Origin: an uncultured Alphaproteobacteria bacterium
GTDB taxonomy: Bacteria > Pseudomonadota > Alphaproteobacteria > Rhizobiales > Xanthobacteraceae
DNA: 64,000 nucleotides
Assembly: GCA_963840155.1 (NCBI GenBank)
Contig: CAWIXP010000001.1
Span: 977,804-1,041,803 of the forward strand
Direction: 5' to 3'
Positions 42,238-51,452 of the stretch are shown one piece after another. The notes below the pieces were generated by a model that saw only the letters and a program-made list of their open reading frames with translations, ran no database searches and was not told the DNA's origin. Made by a program: the position numbers and the translations under genes. The stretch's first letter is position 1. Every line of letters begins with the position of its first letter.

Positions 42238-42507
42238 ATGACCGGACTCAAGACGCTCGTTGCGGCAGCGCTGATATCGATGATCTCGGCAACCTCAGCG
42301 CTGGCGCAGGCCGCACTGTCAGAACCGGCAGCTTTTCAGGCGGCGCATCCAGATCGGGATGTGCTGAATGGCGGCGAGCTCACTCCCGCAGGCAGAGGAT
42401 TGCAGCAACCCGCTGGGGCTTTCGCGGCATCCAATGCTTATGCGGCGGTGGGCATCGCTGGTCCGGCGATCAAGACGGGCCGCTATGGTCCGCGCGCATT
42501 GAGCTGA
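42238..42507 (+). CDS. Hypothetical secreted protein
   Basis: GGAG RBS, signal peptide MTGLKTLVAAALISMISATSALAQA, 89 aa. Confidence 0.7.
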   Translation: MTGLKTLVAAALISMISATSALAQAALSEPAAFQAAHPDRDVLNGGELTPAGRGLQQPAGAFAASNAYAAVGIAGPAIKTGRYGPRALS

Positions 42508-42550
42508 TCTTCTCCCCTCCCCGATCGCACTTCAAGTGACTGGCCGATCG

Positions 42551-42705
42551 GCCCCCCACCCCCGACCCCTCCCCGCCACGCGCTGCGCGCGCGGAGGGAG
42601 GGGGGCGCTCCGCGAATATCGCTGCTGTTCAGCGAGCTTGCGGATAGGCCCCCCACCCCCGACCCCTCCCCTCCCTGCGCTGACGCGCGCGGAGGGAGGG
42701 GAGCA
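42551..42705 (+). repeat. Two further direct copies of the G/C-rich REP-like palindrome
   Basis: GCCCCCCACCCCCGACCCCTCCCC at ~42551 and ~42648, each followed by CGCGCGCGGAGGGAGGGG. Confidence 0.85.
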
Positions 42706-42720
42706 GAAGAAGCCCGCGTG

Positions 42721-43564
42721 CTAGCCCCGCTTCGGCGCCCAGCGATACGCCTTGGCGCAGGCGCCGCCCATCAGCATGACGCGCTCGGTCTCGCTCAGGC
42801 GATCGGTGGTGCGGAAGGGCTCGACGCCCTGCTCGTAGTTGACCACCGCGAAGGCGCGGGTCCAGTCGGTGCCCCACAGGCAGCGTTCGAAACCCCAGGC
42901 GTCGAACACGCGCGCCAGCGGATCCCAGATGTCGGGATAAGGATATGGCTGCCGCGACAGCGTGCAGGCGCCGCTGATCTTGATCACCACGTTCTTGCGC
43001 TTGGCGAGCGCCAGCACCCTGGGGAGGTCGGCCCAGGGCTCGCGCGGCGCCGGCGGAGTGCGCGGCTGCAGGATGCCGATATGGTCGAGGATGAAGCGGG
43101 TGTCGGGATTGCGATCGATCAGCGCGGTGCCGGCGTCCAGATTGTCCCAGCACAGCATGTTGACCGGAAAATCATGGACAAGGGCGGCGCGCGCGATCCG
43201 GTCGAGACCGGGATCATCCGGGCTGCGCTTGCTCTCGCGTGTCAGCATGATGCGGATGCCGACCGCCCCGTCGCGTCTTCTTCCACTCGGCGACGACATC
43301 GGCCACGCCGGGATTGTCGGGGTCGACCGGCTTGACGATGGCAAGCCGGCCGGGATGGGCGCGCTGCACTTCGACGGCATAGCTGGCGTCGTAGCGGTAC
43401 AGGGAAAACGCCGAGATGAAGATCGCGCCGTCGACGCCGACCTTGTCCATCGCCGCCACCATCTCGTCGCCGGTGACGTGCGCCGGCCAGTTCGGCACCG
43501 TGGCCCACGGCCGCTTCGGCGTGTTGGCCTCATAGGCATGGACCTGGGAATCGATAATCGTCAT
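42721..43564 (-). CDS. Amidohydrolase_2 family protein (apparent +1 frameshift near 43272)
   Basis: IIDSQVHAY, ILDHIG, IKISGA and LWGTDW motifs split across two frames at EWKKT/GAVGIR. Confidence 0.87.
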
Positions 43565-43806
43565 CGCTGCGGCTCCTCGCTACCTTCAGAGTTTGGCCAT
43601 CGCGGCAGCCTCGTGTCCAGAGGGGCCGCGCGTGGCCGATGCCGACGATTCGCCGCTCGCCGCTATGCGGTTCGCTTGCGCGCCCCGCCGTAACCCGCCT
43701 CATACCAAGGGATGCCGCCCGGCGCTAACCGCATCGTGGCCGAATCATGGCATAAACCCTGCATGGGCTGAGTCACCGGGTTTTCCTCTGGCAATGAAGG
43801 GGCGCC

Positions 43807-44022
43807 ATGCTAGTCACTCTCGTCGCTGTTCTCTGCAACGGCCAGTTGTGTCTGGAGAAAGTAGTTACCACCAGCGAGCAGTCGGGCATCACCATGACCG
43901 CCTGTCAGGTCAACGGCCAGATCGGCATTGCCGATTGGCTCGCCAAGGGTCCGTATCACGAGTGGAAGCTGCAGCGGTACAAGTGCGTGATGGGCACATA
44001 CATTCCCAAGCACGAGGCGTGA
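43807..44022 (+). CDS. Hypothetical small Cys-containing exported protein
   Basis: GAAGGGG RBS; 71 aa, hydrophobic N-terminus, four Cys. Confidence 0.65.
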   Translation: MLVTLVAVLCNGQLCLEKVVTTSEQSGITMTACQVNGQIGIADWLAKGPYHEWKLQRYKCVMGTYIPKHEA

Positions 44023-44049
44023 GAACAGAAATTGGCGTGCGGGCGATGC

Positions 44050-44934
44050 TCAGGCCACCTCGGCCTGGGCACGCTCCGTCTCCGCCGCGGCGAGCAGATC
44101 GAGATCGACGAGGTGGGGATCGTCGGGTTTGACTTCGCCGTCGTGCGATCCGCTGCCGTGAACATGCATCAGCGTCTGCACCCGCCGGGCGTTGAGATGG
44201 TCGACATGCTGGTGCCGCAGCGCGAGCGTCAGCAGCCGGCTCGGCAGCCCGACCAGCGCGAACGCCGGAACCCGCCGCATTTCGCCGCCCTCGCGCCACA
44301 GCAGCGGATGCAGCGTGTAGATCAATTGCCGCTCGATCTCCGGCCGCGGCAATGGCTCCGGCTCGGGCGCCGCTGACAAGGCGGCGTTGGCGTTGCCGGC
44401 GCGCTTGCGCACCGCGGCGGAACGCAGCTCCCAGCAAATCAGATCCGCCGCCGCGACGATCTCGCGGCGCACCGCCTCGACGTTGCTGGAAAACCTGGTC
44501 GCTTCCGGCATCGACGCCGCGCTTGTGGTGACGGCGCCGACCAGCGCGCCAGCGCCGGCATCGAATCCGGGCACCGCGCGCTCGATCGCCGCGGCCATCG
44601 CCTCGATCGCGTCGGCCTCGAGGTGGCGGTCGCGCTGCGCCCTGGCGTCGGCAAGGGCGCGCTCGGTCGAGGCCACCTGCTCGTCGAATTCCGCCAGTGC
44701 GGCGCGCTGGGTCTTGGCGCGATCCTCGACCGCGCGCATGCCGGCCTCGGCGCGCTCCAGCCTGACATTGGCGGCGCCGGCCACTGCCAGCCGCTCGGCC
44801 GCGGCGCGCTTTTGCGCCAGCAGCGCCTCGGTCAGCTTCAGCCGCTCGGCCAGCCGGTGCCGCGCCGCCTGCTTGTCCCGCAGCCCCGCCTCGAAACGCT
44901 CGACCGGGCTGAGCTCACGCCTGAAAAATCCCAT
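44050..44934 (-). CDS. Hypothetical coiled-coil protein
   Basis: 294-aa Ala/Glu/Arg-rich ORF with host codon usage. Confidence 0.7.
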   Translation of the reverse strand: MGFFRRELSPVERFEAGLRDKQAARHRLAERLKLTEALLAQKRAAAERLAVAGAANVRLERAEAGMRAVEDRAKTQRAALAEFDEQVASTERALADARAQRDRHLEADAIEAMAAAIERAVPGFDAGAGALVGAVTTSAASMPEATRFSSNVEAVRREIVAAADLICWELRSAAVRKRAGNANAALSAAPEPEPLPRPEIERQLIYTLHPLLWREGGEMRRVPAFALVGLPSRLLTLALRHQHVDHLNARRVQTLMHVHGSGSHDGEVKPDDPHLVDLDLLAAAETERAQAEVA

Positions 44935-45171
44935 AGCGATGCCCTCGCGAACCCCAATCCTCCGCCCGAATCAGCCGGTGGATATTGTAAGCGAAAACTG
45001 GCAGGGAACTTGGATAACATTGCGGTGGTCGATCAGTGGGCGCGCATGTGCTTGTCTGTCCCGTCGTCCCTGCCCAGTGCGCGATTGCGCACGGGAGCAC
45101 GGACCCATACGCCGCGACCTCTCTTTGGGCACCGCGGGCAGACGACTTTGCCCAGCAACCATATCTCTCCA

Positions 45172-45289
45172 CGTCATTGCGAGCCAACGGGTCGCGCGAA
45201 TGCGCGCCCGATGACAGGCTCTGCGAAGCAATCCATTCCGACGCAGAGAAAGTGTGGATTGCTTCGTCGCTACGCTCCTCGCAATGACG
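45172..45289. repeat. REP-like inverted-repeat element (GTCATTGCGAG family), long variant
   Basis: CGTCATTGCGAG...GCGAAGCAATCCA...TGGATTGCTTCG...CTCGCAATGACG. Confidence 0.9.
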
Positions 45290-45295
45290 GCGATT

Positions 45296-45926
45296 GATTT
45301 GCCGACGGCGGCTGATCCCACCCGACGGGCAAATCAGCGCCTAGGCGGCACGGCTTTGCGTGTCCAGCGTTATATTCGGTTTTTCCGAAAATATATTTCT
45401 TCTCTCCGTCCCCAAATCACTTCTACAACCCATCCCGTCCTACCCCATGGAGGGGCGTATCATGATCGTCACGAAACGCGGGGTGGGATGCGGTGGACGC
45501 GGCAGCGTTTGGCGCGCACGACGATGCAGGGCGAGATGAACCTCGTGAGCATCGAACGGCGCGCGTCGACGAGGGACGTTGCCCAGCGGACGGCGAAGTC
45601 GTGTGGTCCTGACGCCCCGGCGCTGGCGTCAAGTCTTGTGGAGGTTTTGTCAGGCCCGACCGGGTTTGGCAAAACACCTTAATTCGCAGGCGACGGTGAC
45701 AACAAGCCGATCACCGGGGAGAGCACGAAGTAAACCGTAACCCATTGCGCGGGGAGTGCCGGGTGAATCCGGTGTGACCGTGGTGACTATGCTCGTATGC
45801 TTTTTCATTTTGCATACGAGGCTGCGGGCGCGTCGAGCGCCCGGCATTCCCTGCGCCCTCTTTTTTTCGAGGCGCGGCGTTCAAGGCCAGGACTCGGACG
45901 GAATCCCGCCGCGAGATCGCGGACTC
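45296..45926. other. ~630-bp structured non-coding element
   Basis: No credible ORF; several short and long-range stems; bounded by REP-like hairpins. Confidence 0.6.
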
Positions 45927-45927
45927 A

Positions 45928-46009
45928 CGTCATTGCGAGCGCAGCGAAGCAATCCAAACTTCCTTTGCCGCGCCATGGATTGCTTCGTCGCTACGCTCCT
46001 CGCAATGAC
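45928..46009. repeat. REP-like inverted-repeat element, copy 2
   Basis: GTCATTGCGAGCGCAGCGAAGCAATCCA...TGGATTGCTTCGTCGCTACGCTCCTCGCAATGAC. Confidence 0.9.
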
Positions 46010-46056
46010 AACGGACCCGCGCATGCGCTACGGAAATGCGGACTCATATCTCTCTA

Positions 46057-46143
46057 CGTCATTGCGAGCGCAGCGAAGCAATCCACCCTTTCTTCCGCTT
46101 CCTTCGCCGCGAGATGGATTGCTTCGCTGCGCTCGCAATGACG
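46057..46143. repeat. REP-like inverted-repeat element, copy 3
   Basis: CGTCATTGCGAGCGCAGCGAAGCAATCCA...TGGATTGCTTCGCTGCGCTCGCAATGACG, perfect arms. Confidence 0.9.
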
Positions 46144-46181
46144 GTGTCAGGTTCGCAAACCCGAAGCCCCCGGAAGCGCCG

Positions 46182-46331
46182 CTAATGCCGCTTGAAATAC
46201 TGCACGTCGCGCTCGTGCTTCTCCGCCGCGGCGCGCGACTTGAAGGTGCCGAGATTGCGGCGCCTGCCGGTCTTCGGATTGATCTTCCGGGAATACAGCC
46301 GGTACTCGCCGGATCGCAACTTGCGGATCAT
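46182..46331 (-). CDS. 49-aa basic hypothetical protein
   Basis: MIRKLRSGEYRLYSRKINPKTGRRRNLGTFKSRAAAEKHERDVQYFKRH; GGAGG RBS. Confidence 0.75.
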   Translation of the reverse strand: MIRKLRSGEYRLYSRKINPKTGRRRNLGTFKSRAAAEKHERDVQYFKRH

Positions 46332-46527
46332 GGAACACGCCTCCGTCAGCATACTCTTCCGGATCAACCGCCGTGACGCCGCTGGCGTTCCCCGGCTGCG
46401 ATCCCTTTGTGAAGCTGACGTGAGGCCGCCGTCGCGCTGGAACGATCCGCCAAAACGCTCATGCGCGTTGGCGGATCGGATCATGGCCCGGCCGTCCGCG
46501 CCGGGCACTACCAGCCGAGAGAGTGCG

Positions 46528-47562
46528 TCAGGCGGCGGCTTTCGCGGCCGTGGGCACCGAGGCGATGGTCTTGAGGATCTGGGAAGCGATCTGGTAGGGG
46601 TCGCCTTGCGAATTCGGGCGGCGGTCTTCCAGATAACCCTTGTAGCCGTTGTTGATGAAGCTGTGGGGCACGCGGATCGAGGCGCCGCGGTCGGCGATGC
46701 CGTAGCTGAAGGTGTCGATCGAGGCGGTCTCGTGCTTGCCGGTCAGGCGCATGTGGTTATCAGGGCCATAGACCGCGATGTGATCGGCGCGATTGGTCTT
46801 GAAGGCTTCCATCAGCTTGTCGAAATATTCCTTGCCGCCGACCTCGCGCATGAACCGGGTCGAGAAGTTGGCGTGCATGCCGGAGCCGTTCCAGTCGGTG
46901 TCGCCGAGCGGCTTGCAGTGGAATTCGATGTCGACGCCGTATTTCTCGGTCAGCCGCAGCATCAAATAGCGGGCCATCCACATTTCGTCGGCCGCGCGCC
47001 TGCTGCCCTTGCCGAAAATCTGGAATTCCCATTGGCCCTTGGCGACCTCGGCGTTGATGCCTTCGTGGTTGATGCCGGCGGCGAGGCAGAGATCGAGATG
47101 CTCCTCCACCATCTTGCGGGCGATGTCGCCGACATTCTTGTAGCCGACGCCGGTGTAATACGGCCCCTGCGGCGCGGGATAGCCGCTGGTGGGGAAGCCG
47201 AGCGGACGGCCGTCCTTGTAGAAGAAATATTCCTGCTCGAAGCCGAACCAGGCCGCTTCATCGTCGAGAATGGTCGCGCGCTTGTTGGTCGGGTGCGGGG
47301 TCTTGCCGTCGGGCATCATGACCTCGCACATCACCAGCGCGCCGTTGGGGCGGGCGCCGTCGGGATAGATCGCGACCGGCTTCAGCACGCAATCGGAATT
47401 ATGACCTTCGGCCTGCATGGTCGAGCTGCCGTCGAAGCCCCACAGCGGAAGCTGTTCCAGCGACGGAAAAGCCGCGAATTCCTTGATCTGCGTTTTGCCG
47501 CGCAGATTGGGCGTCGGCGAATAGCCATCGAGCCAGATGTACTCGAGCTTGAACTTGGTCAT
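46528..47562 (-). CDS. glnII: Glutamine synthetase II
   Basis: MTKFKLEYIWLDG, WGFDGSST, INAEVAKGQWEFQ, DWNGSGMH and YLEDRRP. Confidence 0.96.
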   Translation of the reverse strand: MTKFKLEYIWLDGYSPTPNLRGKTQIKEFAAFPSLEQLPLWGFDGSSTMQAEGHNSDCVLKPVAIYPDGARPNGALVMCEVMMPDGKTPHPTNKRATILDDEAAWFGFEQEYFFYKDGRPLGFPTSGYPAPQGPYYTGVGYKNVGDIARKMVEEHLDLCLAAGINHEGINAEVAKGQWEFQIFGKGSRRAADEMWMARYLMLRLTEKYGVDIEFHCKPLGDTDWNGSGMHANFSTRFMREVGGKEYFDKLMEAFKTNRADHIAVYGPDNHMRLTGKHETASIDTFSYGIADRGASIRVPHSFINNGYKGYLEDRRPNSQGDPYQIASQILKTIASVPTAAKAAA

Positions 47563-47656
47563 TGGGCCTCTCATGAATTGATGATGCAAAGGGGTGGCAA
47601 ACCGAAGCTTTTTGGTCGCCACAAGCGTGCCTGGCCAGCATCGGCCACTCCTTACC

Positions 47657-47674
47657 AAGCAATTAAAATGCCAA
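47657..47674 (-). promoter_or_regulatory. sigma54 (-24/-12) promoter of glnII
   Basis: TTGGCATTTTAATTGCTT, GG-N10-GC. Confidence 0.75.
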
Positions 47675-47802
47675 AACGGTGCGCCGCGGCAGGCCCGGCC
47701 GGCCGGAGAAATCCGAGGCGTTCAGGCGCGTTCCGCATGCGGCAAAGCCGCGCGGGTCGCGGCACCTGTTCGCCCGGGGATGGCCCGTCCCGGCTGCAAA
47801 TA

Positions 47803-47819
47803 CGCCCGATTCCAGGGCA
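47803..47819. promoter_or_regulatory. Possible NtrC-binding site
   Basis: TGCCCTGGAATCGGGCG on the minus strand, ~130 bp upstream of the -24 element; another TGC-N11-GCA lies at 47964-47980. Confidence 0.35.
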
Positions 47820-48107
47820 CTCCGGGGCCTCGCGCCGCTCACCGCTCAAAGCCGCGCCATGGCTCGGCAACATCCGCAACAAAGTGCCGCCCAACCGGAA
47901 ACTTTGGCGATGGCCGAAACGTTGGCCGGGTGGCGGCTGCCTTCAGGAATGCAGCGACAAAACTGCCCACAAATCATGCAGCGGATGATTTCGTTTTCGT
48001 CAGCTTGCACGGGCCGAGTGCGGCGACGATATCGGTTTCAGTAACCACTCGCGAACAACTCGGGCGCAGCATGAGCCTTAAAGCGCTTCGCCCACCAGGA
48101 GACGAAA

Positions 48108-48308
48108 ATGAGTACGAGCTTGAATCAGGGGTCCGCGAGAATCTACCAATTCCCTGCCGGGGGTCGCGCGGCTCTCGGCGGACGTCGTTACGCGGAGACC
48201 AACACCGCAACCGAGCTTGCCGCGCCGCGCCTCAATACGGTTGATTGCAGTGGCAACTGGTACCACGAAGCCGCCATCCAGGAATCCACGCCGGGACGGG
48301 AGCGTTGA
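48108..48308 (+). CDS. DUF2735-like small protein
   Basis: SARIYQFPAGGR...GNWYHEAAIQE; GGAG RBS. Confidence 0.8.
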   Translation: MSTSLNQGSARIYQFPAGGRAALGGRRYAETNTATELAAPRLNTVDCSGNWYHEAAIQESTPGRER

Positions 48309-48353
48309 AGCCTTGGACATCGCGATGCCGATCTATCGCCAGTCCGCGATGAC

Positions 48354-48659
48354 TTACGTCAGCCCGCACGCCGTGGTTGGCCGCTTGGCGTGCCTGATCG
48401 TGGTGCCCGCCCCGGTGATTTTCAGCGTCACGCCGCCGCCGGAATAGTGCGCGCCTGACAGCGCAAGGCGCCTGCCGAGCGTCACGGCGCGGCCGTCGAT
48501 CTGCAGGTAGGCGCGTTGGTCGTGCTCGAAAAATCCGACAATGAATTGCGAGCCGTCGGCGCAGTGGAAGGTCTGGAAGGTCTGCGCCGAAGCCGCCGGC
48601 AGGCCGCCCGCCGAGGCCAGCAACAGCGCACCCAGAATTGAAACCCGTTGCCAGTTCAT
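48354..48659 (-). CDS. MliC-like exported protein
   Basis: Signal peptide; FHCADGS, SGAHYSGGGVTL and a terminal Cys. Confidence 0.75.
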   Translation of the reverse strand: MNWQRVSILGALLLASAGGLPAASAQTFQTFHCADGSQFIVGFFEHDQRAYLQIDGRAVTLGRRLALSGAHYSGGGVTLKITGAGTTIRHAKRPTTACGLT

Positions 48660-48756
48660 TCGCTTTCCCCCGGAAGCTGGTATAGTCCACATCACAGCGG
48701 GCGGCACGCCCCCTCGATCATTTCTCCGCCGCAGAGTTCGGCTTTAAGCCTGTCCT

Positions 48757-49503
48757 ATGTCAGATTCTCCCGCCCGCCACCTCAACCTCGCCGGCGCCAG
48801 CAACTTTCGCGACCTCGGCGGCTATCCCGGCCGCGCCGGCCGCACCGTCCGCTGGCGGCAGATCTTCCGTTCCAATCATCTCGGCCACGTCACCGAGACC
48901 GATATCGACGTCCTGCGCGGCCTCGGTCTGAGAAGCGCGTTCGATTTTCGCGGCACCAAAGAGCGCGTCGAGGCCGGCTGCGCTTTTGCGGAAATCGCCG
49001 TTCACTCGCTGCCGATCGAGCCCACCGTGGTCGCCTCGCTGCGCGGTCGCGCCGCCAACGGCACGCCGCTGTCCTCGGCCGACGCCATGGATGTGATGCG
49101 GAATTCCTACCGCAACTATGTGCGTGAAAATACCCAAAGCTTCCGCGCTTTGTTCGCTCATCTGCTGGAAGACCGCGCGCCGCTGGTGATCCATTGCACG
49201 GCCGGCAAGGATCGCACCGGCTTTGCCTGCGCGCTGATCCTGCATGCGCTGGGCGTAGCCGACGACCTGATCGCGCAGGACTACCTGTTGACCAACCGCT
49301 TCTACCGCCGCGATCCCTCCGCCGGCAGCGATCTTCCCGAAGAGGTCACGCAGGTGCTGGGACGGGTGGAAACCTCGTTCCTCGCGGCCGCGTTCGAGAC
49401 CATCGGCGCCGATTATGGCGAACTCGAGCATTATTTCAGCGACGGGCTGGGGCTCGGGGCGCGCGAACGCGCGGCGCTGGAGGCGCGCTACCTGGAGGGA
49501 TGA
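48757..49503 (+). CDS. Tyrosine-protein phosphatase (Y_phosphatase3 type)
   Basis: NFRDLGGY and HCTAGKDRTG (CX5R). Confidence 0.93.
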   Translation: MSDSPARHLNLAGASNFRDLGGYPGRAGRTVRWRQIFRSNHLGHVTETDIDVLRGLGLRSAFDFRGTKERVEAGCAFAEIAVHSLPIEPTVVASLRGRAANGTPLSSADAMDVMRNSYRNYVRENTQSFRALFAHLLEDRAPLVIHCTAGKDRTGFACALILHALGVADDLIAQDYLLTNRFYRRDPSAGSDLPEEVTQVLGRVETSFLAAAFETIGADYGELEHYFSDGLGLGARERAALEARYLEG

Positions 49504-49527
49504 ATCGGGAAGGGATCGGGGACGCTG

Positions 49528-49725
49528 TTACGCCGCCGCTTCCAGTTCCGCATCGAGGTCGGCGATCACGACCTCGCACGCCGAGATCGCCTGCTGGACG
49601 GCTGCGATCTGCATCAGCTCCCAGCTGCTGACCGGCCCGTTGCGGTTCTGCAGCGCGACAATCAGATCCCGCCGCTGCTCCTTGAGTTGAACAAGCGGCA
49701 AACCGTGGTCAGCTAGATATCTCAT
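49528..49725 (-). CDS. Hypothetical small helical protein
   Basis: 65-aa ORF MRYLADHGLPLVQLKEQRRDL... Confidence 0.65.
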   Translation of the reverse strand: MRYLADHGLPLVQLKEQRRDLIVALQNRNGPVSSWELMQIAAVQQAISACEVVIADLDAELEAAA

Positions 49726-49898
49726 CGTGGTGTATCCCAGCCCTTGGATTGAACAGGCGAGCTATAGCGGCATGGTTCTGCGCTAGGCTTACAAAATTCC
49801 GGCAATTTTTAACGATTACCCCCTCCGCGGGGGATGTCAGGTTCCCGATGAATGACGCTAGTGTAGGCAACTCGCCTGCTTCAGCCCGGAGAGCAGTC

Positions 49899-50579
49899 AT
49901 GGACGGAAAAGTCGTTGTAGTAACCGGCGCCTCTGGCGCGCTTGGCAAGGTCGTTGCGCAAATGGCGTTGACGCGCGGCGCGCGCGTTGCCGGAGTCGAT
50001 CACGCGGCCTCGCAGATCGCGGCGACGGCGAGCAGGATCGAACTCGGCGGGGTCGATCTTACCGATGCCGCGGCGGCCAAACAGGCCCTCGGCGCCGTGG
50101 CGCAGCACTTCGGAAGGCTCGATGCGCTGATCAATATCGCCGGCGGCTTCGCCTTCGAGACGATCGCCGAGGGCGACCCAAAAACCTGGCAGCGCATGTA
50201 CGCGCTCAACGTCTTGACGGCGCTGAATGCCTCGCGCTCGGCGATCCCGCATCTGACCGCTTCCGGCGCGGGGCGGATCGTCAATGTCGGCGCGATGGGC
50301 GCGCTGCATGCAGGCCCCGGCATGGGCGCCTACGCCGCATCCAAAGCGGGCGTGCATCGCCTGACCGAGGCGCTCGCGGCCGAATGGAAGGGCAAGATCA
50401 CCGTCAATGCGGTGCTGCCCTCGATCATCGACACCGCCGCCAACCGCATGAGCATGCCGAAGGCGGATTTTTCCAGCTGGGTGACGCCGCCGGAGCTGGC
50501 CGAGGTGATCCTGTTTCTCGCAAGCGACGCCGCGAGCGCCGTCACCGGCGCGCTGATCCCGGTGAGCGGGCGGGTTTAA
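49899..50579 (+). CDS. SDR family oxidoreductase
   Basis: TGASGALG, NIAGG and YAASK. Confidence 0.92.
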   Translation: MDGKVVVVTGASGALGKVVAQMALTRGARVAGVDHAASQIAATASRIELGGVDLTDAAAAKQALGAVAQHFGRLDALINIAGGFAFETIAEGDPKTWQRMYALNVLTALNASRSAIPHLTASGAGRIVNVGAMGALHAGPGMGAYAASKAGVHRLTEALAAEWKGKITVNAVLPSIIDTAANRMSMPKADFSSWVTPPELAEVILFLASDAASAVTGALIPVSGRV

Positions 50580-50671
50580 TTCTCGTCGCTCGGCCAGCTT
50601 CAAATGCCGCTGCCTGCGGCAACCCGATCTGGGCTAAACTTCGGCTCTGAGTCGCACGCACCGGAGTCCCC

Positions 50672-51364
50672 TTGGAAACCGCACTTTATCTGCCGGTCAA
50701 ACGGTTCCTCGAAAACCTCGGCTTCTCCGTCAAGGGCGAAGTCGGCGGCTGCGACCTCGTCGCGCTGAGCGGCGATGATCCGCCCGTCGTGGTGATCGGC
50801 GAATTGAAGCTGTCTTTCAATCTCGAGCTGGTGCTGCAGGCAGTCGACCGCGCCGGGGCCTGCGACGAAGTCTGGCTGGCCGCCAAGATGTCGGTACGCG
50901 GCAAGGGGCGCGAGAGCGACGCGCGCTATCGCAACCTGTGTCGCCGTCTCGGCTTTGGCATGCTCGCGGTCACCAGCACCGGCGAGGTCGAAGTGATCGT
51001 CAAACCACCCACCACAAGCCCGCGCCGCAATCCCAGGAAGCGCTCGCGCCTGATCGCGGAGCATCGTCGCCGCAAGGGCGACCCGGCGTTGGGAGGAAGT
51101 ACGCGCGCACCGATCATGACGGCCTATCGCCAGCAGGCGCTGGCCTGCGCCTCGGCGCTCGCGCGAGGGCCGCAGCGGGTGCGGGATCTCAAGCCCGGGA
51201 TTCCCGACGCTCCGAAAATCCTGCAGCACAACGTCTATGGCTGGTTCGATCGTGCCGAGCGCGGCGTCTACCTGCTGACCGATGCTGGGCATGCCGCGTT
51301 GAAACGCTGGCCGCAGGAGCCGATAGAGTTTGCAAACGCGGCCGAGATCATCGCGTCGCGCTGA
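50672..51364 (+). CDS. DUF2161-like putative PD-(D/E)XK protein
   Basis: TTG start METALYLPVK; KGEVGGCDLV, GELKLSFNLEL, MTAYRQQAL and NVYGWF. Confidence 0.85.
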   Translation: METALYLPVKRFLENLGFSVKGEVGGCDLVALSGDDPPVVVIGELKLSFNLELVLQAVDRAGACDEVWLAAKMSVRGKGRESDARYRNLCRRLGFGMLAVTSTGEVEVIVKPPTTSPRRNPRKRSRLIAEHRRRKGDPALGGSTRAPIMTAYRQQALACASALARGPQRVRDLKPGIPDAPKILQHNVYGWFDRAERGVYLLTDAGHAALKRWPQEPIEFANAAEIIASR

Positions 51365-51452
51365 GGGGATGCATGGCTGGATTGCCACAGCAATTTCATA
51401 TTGCAATGCAACATTCGGAGTCCTAGGTATTTGGCAGCAGATGAGGAACCCG

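Noticed and set aside
45172-46143. CRISPR array or IS element
   Set aside because: Units are long palindromes with irregular spacing; no cas gene, transposase or IS-type terminal repeats with target duplication
45254-46376. ORFs over the repeat stack (e.g. MDCFVATLLAMT...)
   Set aside because: Translations of repeat DNA with no coding signal
47615-47632. Second GG-N10-GC sigma54-like site (AGGCACGCTTGTGGC)
   Set aside because: Weaker -12 element than the site at 47657-47674
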